A stretch of 60,212 nucleotides of DNA from Guillardia theta CCMP2712 (GCF_000315625.1 NW_005434554.1:1-60212); one strand, 5' to 3'; positions 24,707-38,411 are shown, counted from the first letter of the stretch. Notes: generated by a model not told the origin, from the sequence alone. Translations and numbers: made by a program.

Positions 24707-24926
24707 TGGGGCAAGACAGCGAGACGGGAAAGCTTGAGCGAGAGCTTGAAGGGGTCAGAGAGCTTCATCTACAAGGGGGAATGTGAGAGTGAGAGTAAGA
24801 GTGAATGCTGTCACGTTTGGCTAAACTGTGACAAGACAAGTAAAACAAAACAACATGTAACTTGAACAAGTCATCGAACAGATCATATCAACAAGTTATC
24901 ACACTACATCTTCTCTCCTCTCCTCT

Positions 24927-26145
24927 TCACACCAGTCGATGCTCGGGATTCATCAAAACTTGCAGGACGCTGAAATCTCCGATGATATCAATGACTCTCT
25001 TCGCCTTCTCCGTCCTGCTCGCTTGTTGGGACTGACAACCTGCCTTGTGTATAAATCTCCTCTTCCTTCCCTCCTCCTCCTTGCTGCCCCTCGCCTCGCC
25101 CTCCTCCTCATCCTCCCTCCATGTCTTACTCGTCTCGACCATCCTGATCAGAACACGCTCGTCCGCCCGCCCGTGAGAGTTCTGCGAGGAGGAGAAGTGA
25201 AAGAGCAGGAGCAGGCGAACCAGTCTGACCAGACCTGCGGCCAGCGCGTGAGGAGGAGCCGCAGCCGCAGCCGCAAGAAGGGGGGATGAGGAGCAAGAGG
25301 AAAAAGAGGCGAAAAGGAGACGAAGGAGAAGGAGAACAAGGAGGAGAAGCAGGAGGAGCAGGAGGGCTGACATCGGATCAAGCTGCTGGTCTTCATGCTC
25401 GCTGTGCTGGAGTAGGAGGCAGCTGCACTTTCTTCGCGTTTGAGAACAGACAGAAAGATGGACTGAAGCTGAGGAGAGAACAAGTGAGAGATTGCGTCAG
25501 AGACTTAAGCTTGCATCTTCCCGCTCACCTGATTCTTGGTAAAGACGATCATGGAGGAGGAGGTAGCGGTTGTTGTTGTTGTTGTCGTGGTGGTGGTGGT
25601 GGTGGTGGTGGTGGTGGGATTCTCACAGAGGTTTTCTTCCAGCAGGAGGTTGACCAAGTCTTGGAATGTCCAGTAGCGATGAACCTTCTTCTCCTTCTCC
25701 TTCTCCTCCTCCTCCTTCATCCTCATCGCCATCACCTTCAACGTCAAGAAAGTCTTCCTGTAAGCGATCGGAAGCGAACGCAGCGCTCGGCACCTCAGCC
25801 TTTTGCATCATCGTGAGTGACTAACTAGAAGAGAGGAGGAGGAGGAGGAGGAGGAGGAGGAGGAGGAGGAGGAGGAGGAGGAGGAGGAGGAGGAGGAGGA
25901 GGNNNNNNNNNNNNNNNNNNNNNNNNNNNNNNNNNNNNNNNNNNNNNNNNNNNNNNNNNNNNNNNNNNNNNNNNNNNNNNNNNNNNNNNNNNNNNNNNNN
26001 NNAGGTGGTGGAGGAGGAGGAGGATGAGAGGTACGTTATGAGATGCTCGATCCCCCCCTCCTCGTCCAGCACTTTGGCGTTGTTCTCGTGGTTCTCGATG
26101 AGGTCTGAGATGAGGGAGATGAGAGCATGGAGAAACCTCCCCGTA

Positions 26146-26187
<42 letters not shown>

Positions 26188-28449
26188 TCCTCCTCCTCCT
26201 CCTCCTCCTCCTCGCGCATCATCTTACACAGTCTCCTGGTCATCCCGCTGGAGTGGAAGAAATCCTTCATGCGTGTAGCTAGCAAGACGTTCTGCTCCTC
26301 CTCCCGCTGATCTGATGGCTCTCCATGCTGATATCCATCCCCATCCTCGTCGTATCCTCCCCTCTCATCGCCCTTCCCGTCTCTCTCCTCCCCTTCCTGC
26401 TCGCCATGACCATAGGGCAGGAGCTGCTCCCTAATGGAAATGGTGGAATTCTTCCCGAACCTCAACATGTCGAGGAGGAGAGTGAGTGACATCTCAACTG
26501 AAACTCTGTCAGCCCTCATCCTCCTGCTTGTCCAAGTCTTGCTGAGACTTTCACACTCCTCCTCCTCGTCGTCGTCGTCGTTTCCTTCCCCCTCATGCTC
26601 CTCCTCTCGCTTCCTGCCTCCTTCCCCTCCTTCCATCGTCTTGTTTCTCTCCTTCCTCAGGCGTTTTCGTTCTCTGCTGAAGCTCCAGACATGCACAATC
26701 TCCTGCTGGAGGATTAGAGGAGAGGAGAGGAGAGGAGAGGAGAGGAGAGGAGAGGAGAGGAGAGGAGAGGAGAGGAGAGGAGAGGAGAGGAGAGGAGAGG
26801 AGAGGAGAGGTCGCTTACAGCAAGACGAAGATAGCCTTCTTCCGAAGCGAGGACGAAGAAACCATCTGAGAGCTGTGAGAAGGAGGAGGAAAGAATGAGA
26901 GAGGAGAGGAAAAGAGAACAAGACAAGGGCAGAGGAGGAGGGCAGAAACAAAACTACAAACCATCAAAAACTCGCAAGAGGGTTACGAGGGCTGAGAGGG
27001 CCCATCCTTGTTGTGACAGCAGACATTCTTGCAAACTTCGAAGCCTCTGGCCGAGCAAGTCAGGCGCTGAAGCAGAGAGGAAGAAGGAGATACGGGAGAG
27101 CAAAACTACATTCATCTCGTCTCGAGCTTCTCGTCTCAATGTCCCATCACAATCAAGTGAACAAACAACTCATGGTCCTCAGCATACACCGCACTGGATG
27201 ACAACACAGACCCGCACAGCTCGGCACCTGCTTCAACCTTGCGATCTCGGTCAGGGCTCGCTCCTTACGAACAAACGTAAGATCCCTCGCGTCAGCCTTC
27301 ACTGATGTTGTCAACGACTTGACAAGCTCTGTATTCTTTTCCATTGACTTCTCCACCTGACCGTCGAGACCTCTCAGGAAGCTCCTGACCTCCTCCCTTC
27401 TCACCTCCAGCACAGCCGATGCCAGCACGCTCTCATACGAGGCTGCTGAGAGGCAGTAGCTGATCGCGAACGTGTGGAAGGAAAAATCCCTGAGGTCACC
27501 GAGGGTGAAGAACTTGTTGTCGAGTTTGCAGAGGACGCTGATCATCTCACAACATCTTCCGCACAAGACTGCAGAGCAAACTTCATCCATCATGTCGCAG
27601 GAACCGACTCTCAGCACACCTGAGTCGGCAACAAACAGGTTGTGTTCTAATGTGCTCATTACTGCTGAGAGGACATCTCGATTGATCTGAAAGCTCTTTC
27701 CTACCTTGGGGTACGCGCGGTAGGAGTGGATGATGCAAGTCAGAGCGCTTTCTCTGCCACTGCGATCAGCCGCCTTCCTTCCCGTCATCATGTCCACTGA
27801 CCGCACGTCGTACATGCTCTTCTCCACCGACCTGTCTTGTAGCTGTTGCCTCGTGTAGAAGATCTTGGCGCTGGTCGACAAGAGTCAAGGAAGGACAGCA
27901 GCACGAGGACTCACTTGAGGTAGATCTGTAGCAAGAGCTTCACCCCGCTGAAGTCATGTACCGCCCTGGCAGCGTTCACTTGTGCACTGCCATAGCTCCT
28001 GTCGCCCACCGCTCCTCGACATGCTGTGGGCTCAGGACCCAACAACCCTTGCAGCTCCTTGACCTGCGGAGAAGTCAGATGGGTAACCATGGCTGCTAGC
28101 TCGCCATCTCGAAGGTCTCCATGGCCGAAACCATGGCAGGCGAGTTAGGATCGAACTCAACGATGTTGTCGAGGAGATTCTCAATAAAATCTGAGGGAAG
28201 CAGGAGCGATGTGAGCGAGGAAGAAAAAGAGAAAAAGGAGCAGGAGAAGAACGTGAGAGTGGTCGAGGATGAGGATGAGATGAAGAATTGAAGGAAGTGG
28301 GGGTGAAGGGACGGAGCAAGGAACGGAGCAAGGGACGGAGCGAGAGAGAAGAAGTCTATATTACATGTGGAGGTCAACCCCGGAGACCTGTCAAGAGGGG
28401 AGACGATGGAGGAGGAGACATGAGGAGAGGTTCGGTGCGGACTGGACAT
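24927..28449 (-). CDS. Large hypothetical protein, predicted helical/ARM-like with poly-E/Q/T tracts
   Basis: Long protein-like minus-strand exons (27153-27881, about 26010-26710, 25505-25747, 24927-25240) with splice-like boundaries. No diagnostic motif. Confidence 0.55.
25903..26002. other. Assembly gap (100 N) next to a (GGA)n tract
   Basis: Run of N. Confidence 0.95.
26716..26809. repeat. (GAGAG)n pentanucleotide microsatellite in an intron
   Basis: About 18 perfect copies; a similar tract lies at about 21215-21245. Confidence 0.9.
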
Positions 28450-28635
28450 GTTCGTCCATGTCTGCTCGAGGTTCCTCGTCGTGCCCATCCTCTTTTGCTC
28501 CTCTGCCGCCCGCAGCTTCATCAGCAGCTCTCCCGCCCCCACCATTGCGCTCTCAACTCCCGCCCGATTGTTGGGATGGAGGTGGGTCCTCTAAGAGTTC
28601 AAGAGGGGGGTGGGGTCATTTGATTCGAGTTTGAC

Positions 28636-28700
28636 ATGCCGAAAATTCTAGGAAGGGAAATGCACTTGGACGGAGGGGGGGGAGGAGGAGGAGGAGGAGT

Positions 28701-28787
<87 letters not shown>

Positions 28788-31700
28788 GAGAGCAGGAGGG
28801 GGAGCAGAGCTATACAAGTTCCATCTTAATCATGCGAGGATGAACTTCGGCAAAGAGGAAGCGACCAGTGGAAGCATAGCAATGGAGAGAAGCTCGCGTG
28901 ACGAGGAGCTTGCGATCCTCTCGCCGTCCTCAGGATGGAGCACGACCATCAGCTCCTCGCACATGCAGGATGTCGGAGTACCGACACCGAGGAATGTCGG
29001 GGTGGCGACACCAAGGGATGCGAACACATCCTCCAAGGAGCACAGGACCGGGTTGATAGAGGGAGGTAGCGGTGCAGGAGCACAGTTAACACTGGCGGTG
29101 AAGGCATGGAGCAGGGACAAGCATGAAGGCTTGACGTGATCTTGTTGTTCTCCTGCTGCCCTTGTGCTCAAAGAGATGGCAGGACCACAATCGGCGCATT
29201 GAATCAAATCGTCCGTTGCATCAAACTGAACGACGGGGTTGAAGGACAGAACATGAAGGCGGTAGAAGAGATGCTGGGAGACCAGGAGGTCCTCAACGCA
29301 ATGTCGGAGATGTTCAGGGGCCCTTCAGGTCTACAAGACAAGGTCTGACTCATGGCTTCTCCTCTCTACCTGACGCGACCCCTCAGATCCTGGAAGTTTG
29401 CTACAACATTGCAAACACTCGAGTAAGCATTGCAAACAGCTTCCAAGAGTCTTGAGTCACTTTGACCTCCTGCTGCAGGCCCTTCGTTTCAAGATCCTCC
29501 ACAGTGGAATCCTGCAAGGGTTGGCTGCTGTCCTGCTCAAAGACGGTCAACCGACGACCAACGTACAGGCGCATCTTGCTGCAGTGATCCTAGAGAGTCT
29601 GGTGAGTTGCTTCTCCAGCTGAAGTTCAGCTCTGACGTCAGGTCAGTCGCACTCCAACGACGAGGGGAAGGAAGTGATCTGCTGCTCCCGAGGGCTCCTG
29701 CGAGGCCTCGTCAAGAGTCTCAAGGTGTCGACGAGGGGTCAGACGAATGTGATGAAAAATGTCGCGTGATGAAGATGATGGTCATGCAGGCTCAACCTTG
29801 CATCCTGTCGGCGATGTCAAACTTGACAAGAAGTCCGAAGCAGGTGAACGCGTTGAGATGTGCGGGAGAGCTTCGGTGCTGATGGTTTGCGGGAGGCATG
29901 GAGGATCGCGTATAGCAAGGAGTTTGATGGAGCTATTGCTGAATGTCTCAAGTACCCCAAAGACCCGCACTCCCTACAACTTTGCCTCCTCCTCGTTCGC
30001 AATCTTTGTAAGATCTCAGCAGCGAGGAAGGGGTTTGACAAGTATTGGAATGAGACCAAGGAAGCGATCTTGCAAAGATGCAAAGAGAGCAACGTCAACG
30101 AATTACGGTCGTTGTTGATGTTCCCTTTCAAGTGAGAGAGTGACCCGTTGGACAGGGAGTCTTACCTTCAGATGAAGGATTGTCTTGTAAAAGGTGACGA
30201 TCGATTGTCCTCCTCGAGCTCGAACTCGGAAGATACAAGTTTTGGAGTCAGTGAAATTGATCAGAGTGAGAGGAAATCAGGTGATTGAAGGCGGAGAAAT
30301 ATTCATGTGTTGGGTTGTGAGAGTGTGAGCTGATTTTTTCTATTTCAACGACGATGGAAATATTCATGTGTTGGGTTGTGATAGTGTGAGCTGATTTGTA
30401 ATATTTCAACGACGATGTTGTCATACGCACGTCAATGTCGAATGTCGAATGTCGATATGACGATGTGATAATGTTGTTTCATGTCTTGAGCTTCACGCAG
30501 ACAAACTCTCAAGCAAGTATGTTGACGAGGACAAGATGGAAATGAGCGAGAGCGAGCAAAGCCTGGAGGACGAGGGAAAGTCGGACGAGGCTGAAGCCAG
30601 CGATACTGCCCATGATGAAGATGAGATGGTAGATGAAGGGGAAACATTGGAAAAGGAGGAGGAGGAGAAGGAGGAGAGGGAGAAGGAGAAGGAGGGGATG
30701 ACAGAGACGATTGAGATTGAGAAGTTTAAGAATGGACACGAGTTGGATCAGAAGGAAGTCAACAATGACATGGAGGATCAACGGGAGGAGATGCAAGAAG
30801 AGAGGGACAAGGAGAGCGTGCTTCAGAACATGGTGGCGGAGCAGCACGCAGTGAAGGAGGCGAAGGACAGGTACGAGGGCGTTTTCATCCCCAAGCTGGA
30901 TATCTCGCGGGCAGGAAGCAGCACGAGCTTGAATCTTTCTGCTCGCCGTCTCCCTTCAGTCCCTCGTTCTTGCGACAGCCCTCGGGTAGTTGAGTTCTCC
31001 ACCAACCCCATCAGAGAGCGGAGGACGATCGGCCTGCCTGCCATGGAGGAGAAGAGGGAAGGGAATAGGAGGGCGACAAGGATCGAGAACCACCAGACGC
31101 AGTCTCCTCCTCCTCCTCCTGGCCCTCGTGAAGGATCCTATTTCAAGCAATCATCCATCGCGTCTCCTCCCTTGCACACGCCCAGGCTGCTAGCCATCCC
31201 CATCTCTCTTGATAGTCCGCGATGTGACTTGAACTCGTCAGACCCGCGGCAGAGGAGTAGGCGAGGGGAAAGCGGAGGGCGGAAAGAAGCAAGTCCGAGG
31301 TCAAGCGACGACCCCATGGTGGTGGAGGGAACATTGCTGGAGGAAGAGGAAGAGGAAGAGGAAGAGGAAGAGGAAGAGGAGTGGAAGAACGCAGAAACAG
31401 CACACGGACGAGAGCAAAAAGAACAACTCGCAGACGACGAGAAAGGTGGCAACCGACATTCAAGACAGGAGGAGGATGAGCAGCAGCAGCAGCAGCCGGA
31501 GGTCGGAGGAGCAATCAGCATGAGCGAGTCTCTCGTGCTGGAGTCAGAGCTAAAAGATTCTTGCGATCCTCTCAGCCTCTCTTTGGACTCAACCAGGGCG
31601 AGTGAGACGAACAGGGAGGAGGATGCTTCTTCATCGCAACAGCTCCTCGTCATCAGGCATCCCATGCCCTCCCTCGCGCATGGTGGCCAGCCGACAGCAG

Positions 31701-32981
31701 GGGAGGGGAGGAGGAGGAGGAGCACACCGCAGGTCATATCTCCTGTCAAGACCTTCCTCAGCCCCAGGGCGGACAAGGGTAGATCCCTCGTCCTCGAGGT
31801 TGGGAGGGACGCGCGTCAGAGCGAGCAGGAGCAGGACGCTGATCCTGATCCTCTCGTCCGCTCGTCCTCTCGCCACCTCGACTGGGCTGCTTGCCAGCTG
31901 CAGGCGAGACTTCGGATGGCGATCCAACGGTCCTGCGCATTCTCACCGCGGTCGAGTCGAGGCTACGACTACACAAGCTCCGAAGCTACTGAGAGGTGAA
32001 GGACATGTTGTACTACTGCATGTTCGACGTCTTCCCGTCCTCCTCCTCCTCTCTGCCTTCCTTTGCCAACCCTGTGTTTCTCTTCCTTCCATGTTGCTGC
32101 GATTCCTCCTCCCCCTCCTCCCTCTCCTCTCACTTCCTGCCATGTCCCTGGATCCTCGTCTCGCTCACTTGCGCAGCAGAAAGAAACGACGAGACGTGCC
32201 TGTAGTCCTGTGGTCGGGCAGGAAACCTTCCTCCCCATCCCCCTCTTCCCCCAGTCCTTCTGCTCGCTTCCCTCCTGCCCCCCTCCCCCTCAGCCACCAG
32301 AGCGTTCAGGAGCAGCCCGGGGCGACGAGACATGACCGGGAGGAGAAGGAGGAGGAGGAGAGGAGGAGGAGGAGGAGGAGGAGGAGGTTGAGCCGGGAGG
32401 GTGAGCGCAGCACGAGTAACGTCTGAGCATGGAGCAGGTGGTTCGTGTGCGAAGGGTTCAGCTGCTACAGGGTTACGTGCGGAGTTCTGGAGCAGAGGAC
32501 GCAAGACAAGTCAGGACTCGTGCTGTACCTCACAGACGTGTGATGTTGATGATGCAGGTGCTGCTAGCAGCTTCTATCATCAACCGGAGCCTTCGGAACT
32601 GCATCGCAAGGTCAACCAGACCCCTTTCTCCTCCTCCTCCTCCTGTTCCTCCTCCTTCACCACCACACCTCCACCTCCACCTCCACCTCCACCTCCACCT
32701 CCACCTCCTCCACCACCACCACCTCCTCCTCCTCCTGTTGTCTCTCCATGAGCTGCTCTACCAGGAAGGAGCTGCGGCTTCTCCAGACCTGCCGGGTCGT
32801 CCTGCAGTCGGAGGAGAGCTGTCTACTCCGCATAGCTGAAGAGAGCGTGAGGGATTCAGCGGTACCAGCCTGCCCAACTCACTCGTCGACCCCATGCAGG
32901 AATCAGAGGCTGAGCGAATTTCATGCAGAGCGATCGAGCAGTTTGGTCGGTTCATCCTCCGCCACTGCCTCCAGCATTCAT

Positions 32982-33012
<31 letters not shown>

Positions 33013-33700
33013 TCCTCCCCCTCCCCCTCCTGCTGAACCAGCCTCCCTCCTAATCCCCCCTCCAACTCTCCATCGCATCTCAGCTCCTCTCCTCCTCTCC
33101 TCACTCACCCATGATCTGACACCTAAACTCCAGCTGGACTCTACCAGGACATGTCCTGGAGCAGCACGACCCGGTCGTTCGCGCCGCACGTGAAGCTGCC
33201 GACCTCCGCCCTCCTCCTCTCCTCCGTCTCTCGCATCCTCACTAGCGCCGTCCGCTGGATCAAGGACGAGCAGGCTGGGAGGGCAGCGGAGGCATCCCAG
33301 CAGGTGAGATCGACTTCACTCGCTCCTCTCTTCCTCACCCTCCTGCAGCTTCTCTCTGACTTCCTGCGAACCTGTCCGCGCCATCGAGGTCTGGTGCAGG
33401 AAATATTCGTGAAGGAGCCGGATCTTCTGAAGGTTCCGTTGCCTCCTCTTTCCGTCCACCACCACCACCACTACCACCACCTCCTCCTCCTCCTCCTCAT
33501 TCTCCCCTTCCCTCCCATCCCTCGCCTCCTCCTCCGCCTGCCTTGATGTGCTGGTTCAGGTCCTCATGTCTCGCTTGCTAAGGGGGAGGCGAGAGCAGAA
33601 GCATCTAACGGCTGAGCTGATCGCGAGCATGGCGATCGGGTCCAAGGTTGACGGTAGAGGAGGAAGAGGTGGCTGACTTGGCTGGTAGTCTTGACCTGAC
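28636..33700 (+). CDS. Hypothetical ARM/helical-repeat protein with a long disordered acidic region; may be two genes
   Basis: Short helical exons (ALNQIVRCIKL, KILHSGILQGLAAVL, PCILSAMSNLT, LLVRNLCKIS), a 487-codon low-complexity ORF (30536-31999) and further Leu-rich exons to about 33700. Confidence 0.5.
30295..30415. repeat. Tandem duplication of about 61 bp in an intron
   Basis: GAAATATTCATGTGTTGGGTTGTGA(G/T)AGTGTGAGCTGATTT..TATTTCAACGACGATG occurs twice. Confidence 0.85.
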
Positions 33701-33769
33701 GCAGGCGTTCACCTGCTCCACTCCCTTCATCGCTGTCGGGCGAGGTTGGACGAGTTGATAAGTGCGAGT

Positions 33770-33877
33770 GAATGAAGTATAAGATCTGATCGACACATGC
33801 TGAATGAAGTATAAGATCTGATCGACACATGCTGAATGAAGTATAAGATGTGATGGACACATGCTGAATGAAGTATA
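33770..33877. repeat. 32-bp tandem repeat, about 3.4 copies
   Basis: GAATGAAGTATAAGATCTGATCGACACATGCT repeated. Confidence 0.9.
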
Positions 33878-34273
33878 CGACTTATAGGGGGGGTTGGGGG
33901 TAGGGGTGGTTGAGACTCACAGAAGTCAAGCGACAAGATTTTGATGGCGGCGGTGCGGAGGGAAGAGGATGGGGGAAGAGGAGGAGGAGGAGAAGGAGGA
34001 GGAGACTGAAGTTGAAGATTCAGAAAGAAGTAGACGAGGAGCAGGAGTTGTGCGTTCAAGCTTCAGTCTCCTGTTACTACTTCTAGCCAACTCCTAGGCA
34101 GAACAGATCGTGCTTGTGATATCGTGTACAGTCACAAGTCGATATTGTAAGAGTTGCAATCGAGGGAGCAAAAGACGTTTGGATCATAGCAAGCCAGAAG
34201 GCATTTGAAATCCGGAGAGAGCGATTGGAGTTGATACAATCAGGCTTGTCATAAAGCGCCTGCCTCAAGAAGG

Positions 34274-37200
34274 ATGGTAAGGAAACTGCAGCGAGGGGAA
34301 AGGGGCAGAGCTCTGGCATTCAGTGTGATCATGCTGCTCCTAGCCCAGGGTGTGGATGGCCAGCTCTGCGCCTTCCAGCCCATCATCATCGCAGGCTCCT
34401 CCATCAGCGGTGTGGAAGACACCCCACTCAGTGTGTACCAGCAGTGGACGGCGATTGGAGGGAGCGCCCAGGGCAAGCTTTACAGCAAGTCATGCGCGAA
34501 TGACGGGAACTACATTAACTGGAACAACGTGACGATCATGAGAGCGGTCTTCTCCGTCAAGTACGGCAAGCTGTGGCTCGCGCCAGGTTACCCGAGCTGC
34601 GGGGTTATCATCGACCAGAACACCAAGTTCGACACGCAGATGGAAGCGCTCACCAGGGTGTTTAGCTTCATCTCCAACGTTGATGGCGTCAACTGCATCA
34701 TCCGGCATCTCTACTACCAGGGCCTCCCAAACGCCAACCAGGCGACCCAGCGCAACCTGTACGGGGAGCAGCCGCAGCTCGTGATCCAGGTCGTCCCAAC
34801 CTGCCAGCACGATTTCGTTCCGATCTGCATCGGAGCGCAACCAGGAAGTCCGTCAGATTGCGCGACGCAGGACAAGGCGCTCAAGTGTGCGGCTGGGTCG
34901 GGCCAGTGCGTCAGCTGCACGTGCTCGAGCGTGGATACGCAGCCTCCGTTCTGCGGGGCTGAATTCACCGCGACGTTCACAAGCACGACAGCAATCAACT
35001 TGTCGCCAGTGGAGGACCTGCCGTTCCTGCAGAGTTGCCCTTACATGTCCTTGGTGAACAGATCCTCTCTGCAGTACTTGACGTCCCCGAGTGACTTCTG
35101 GTCGAAGAGTGAGGGAGGTCCCAGGTGCTCGGCCGTGCCCATCCAAAGTGCTCCTGCAGTTTACACAGGTAGCAATGCCGCTACTCAGATCTTCCCGGTA
35201 TACATGCATCCCTCCTACTGCGGGGACGGGTGTGCGGGTTATCCCATCAACGCGCAGTTCTGCTTGCCCAATGCTGGCTCGTACGCCTATCACATCGAGG
35301 ACTTGGAGGCCGTGGACTTGATGTTCAACGGGATCTACATCAACGACCTGGACTTTACGACGGGCCAGCTCCAGATGTCAAACTTCTTCGTCATTCCTGC
35401 TGGACTCATCGTGGGGAACTTCCAAGGAGCAGGGTCCATCACTCCTCCCCCTGCGATCTCCTCCTCCAGTGGGACCATGGGGTCGTATTGCGCCATTGCG
35501 AAACCTTTCTCAACATGCGCAACGGCGGTGTCGTCGAGCACGTTCGGCAACCTGCCGGTGTTGCAGGCGGACAAAATGCGATTGAGAATCGTAGCCACGA
35601 CCGTCCGCCCGCTGAACTCTGCCGGAGGATGCGACTTGTCAGCTCAGCCCCAGCTGGCGTGCTCCCTGGTCAATCAGCAGTGCTCCTGCCGGAGCCAGAC
35701 GTACTCTGTGCAGGGCAGCAACCGCAGCGTGATCCTCTTCTATGAGCTGTTCTCGACGGTTGACAACAACACCTTGGAGACAGGGTACATAGACTTCAAC
35801 ATGTTTCAAGCTGCAGGAAGCTCGTTCGACACCGTCAATGGGCAGATGTTTGCTGACCCAGGGAGAGTTTACTCTGCCGCCCTCCAGCAGTCTGTTGACT
35901 GGTTTGCTGCATCGCCGATGACCGTGTCTGGCGTCTACAACAGATCGACTGAGACCCTGCAGCTGAGTAACATCAAGACTTCACCGCAAGTCAACCCAAC
36001 GTTGACTCTGACAGTCGCAGCCAAGTACGGAACTCTCACGCTGCAAGGTAGCCATGTTCAGGTTCTTCTTGTACACTCTTGGTTGACCCCTGATGCAGGA
36101 AGCGGATCGAAACTTGTGACAGACTCTAGGACGATGAAGACGATCGAGGGGACTGTCGATGAGGTCAACTTAGCCATCTCAAAGTTGAAGTATTCTGTCC
36201 CGGGACCGAGCATCTTTCCTTACCTCAACACGATGACAAGTGTCAATGGCGTGCGGCATGAGGAGATCCTCTCCATCGACGTCTTCAACACCCTCAACGC
36301 TTCCTCGAGGGTGCAGCTCAATTTCTCCATCGTGATTGTCGCTGTCAACAACGCGCCTAACATTGCCGTCCAAAGTTCGTACGAGATGGCTCGCCAGGAC
36401 CAGGACTTCCTCGTCCCCAACCTCGTTCTCACCGACCCGGACGCTGAAGAGATCTTGCTCGGTACGTTGACTCTCGTTCCACGTCGCTGAAGCCTCCCAA
36501 GATTGCCTCTTAATGTTGACACGCTCTTGACCAGGTCAAACGGCCCCCAAAGGAGGAGCTCAGATATCACTGCAGCTGAGCTGCAAGTATGGGACTCTCA
36601 GAGTAGCGCAGCTGACAGCAAGCAACGACATGCACTTCTACCTGAGCAGCGGGGACGCAGCCTGCGCCAAAGTCTGCGCCAGCATGCCCAAGTCGCTGCC
36701 CGACCTGACGACCCTCCAGCTCTTGCCCAGCACCTGCCAAGATTGCATGCAGGCAGAGGGACTGAGAAGAGCTCGGGAGGGAGGGAAGGAGATCTCGCTG
36801 TTCGCCAACCTCGAGACGGGCAAGCGCTTCCTGGGGAATCTGACCTATCGGGGAGACCCTGGATACAACAACAAGACGGTCGACTCCGTACCAAGTGGGC
36901 TGGTCTGTGAGACTGCGATGCGTCCGCACACAGAGTCGAAGGATCAGATCGTCATGTCGGTGTACGATCTGGGCAACACAGGATGCACAAACCAGCTGGT
37001 CAAGAGCGGGACGAGCAGGATCGTCGTTGAGGTCGTGGGAGGAGACGACACGCCGACTGTCGCCCTCTACGAGGACGGGAAGGATGTGTGCACGGGCTGC
37101 GGGTCCAACCAGACCTGCTGCTCCTCGAAGCAGGTCGTAGTGGCCTCAGAGGACACGATCCTCTCCTTCAGCGAAAAGTTTCAACTCGTGCTCCAGAGCA

Positions 37201-38411
37201 GCGACTCGATGAACTTTGACTTTCCCACCTATCGCTTCCAGCTCCAGCTCACGGCAAGGTACGGGAAGTTCTCTTTCAAGGGCAGCACGTCCTCGTTCAT
37301 AACTGCCAACAACCCCCTCGAGTCTTACTCCCTTTCCGCTGACAAGCGAGTGCTGACGGCAACGAACTCCATGTGCAGGCTGAATCAGCTCTTGCAGCAG
37401 ACGCAGTACCTGCCTGACCCCAACTTCAACTCTCTCCTCAAGGTCTTCGACCAGCTGCAAGTCAAGATCGCACAGGTCTTCCCAGCTACCAGCCAGGTGG
37501 GCTCCACCTCCACCTTCCCAGTCGACGTCAGAGCGGTCAACGACCCGCCCAACCTGTACCTCAACTCGGACTTGACAGGGTCCAGCTCCCTGCTGCAGCC
37601 TGTCCACCAGGTTGAGACGGAGACGTACGACTTCTTCGAGGGGGGCGAGCAAGGGTCCAAGTGCCCCGCAGGACAGAAGTGCTTCAGCATCTCAGACATC
37701 GACATCTGCGAGCAGAAGTACCTGAGCTTCAAGGTCTTCCCCTCCTCCATGGACGAGATTGCCATGCTCACGGGCGCGGTCTGCGCCAGGACGGTGCCGG
37801 ACGGCGAAGGCAAGGGAGACATGCTGGTCACCTTCCAGTCCAACATCGGCAGCATCTGGTTCTTCTCGAGGTACGAGTGGCAGTTGAGGCAGGGAGGAGG
37901 CGACGTCTCCGACGCTGCCTGGCTCGCGTTCGTGAAGAAGGTGAGGCCAGACGACAGCGCAGGGAAAGAGAACAGAGTCGTCAACATGACGAGGCCGCTG
38001 CCCTACTTCAAGGGAGGTCTCCTCCGCTACTACGCGTCAAGAGATTATGCGCAGACTGACAACATCTCCATCGCCCTCAACGACTTGGGCAACACTGGCG
38101 GTCCTGACCCCTCCCGCTCCAAGTTCTGCTGCTGCTCCGACAGGAGCTGCAGCACCTGCAGCTCGCAGGATTGTAACCTGCAGCTCGCCGTCTCCTCCTG
38201 CAGCAAAGTGCCGGGCTGGACCTGCCGAGACAAGGTGGTCTTCACAGACACGGGGCTGTCAGACTTGTCCGTCACTGCCATCACTGTTGCCGTCGGCTTC
38301 GCCTTCCTCCTCCTCGCCTCCTCCCTCAGCTTCATCGCTGTTGGGGATAGCGGATTCAAGGCAGGGGTTGGAGCCGGAGCGAAGCTGGAACAGTACCAGG
38401 TCGCCATGTAG
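34274..38411 (+). CDS. Large type I membrane protein with cadherin-like/bacterial Ig-like repeats and Cys-rich inserts
   Basis: Signal-like ALAFSVIMLLLAQG, repeated KYG-L..L-Y..V-D/N-P modules, DLGNTG twice, C-terminal TM AITVAVGFAFLLLASSLSFIAV and a short tail. An intron at about 36462-36534 joins the two ORFs in frame. Confidence 0.8.

Noticed and set aside
24927-28449. BEACH/neurobeachin-family assignment
   Set aside because: Only a vague helical resemblance; no PH-BEACH or WD40 motifs are visible.
33770-33877. 32-bp repeat as a CRISPR repeat
   Set aside because: The copies are head-to-tail without spacers.
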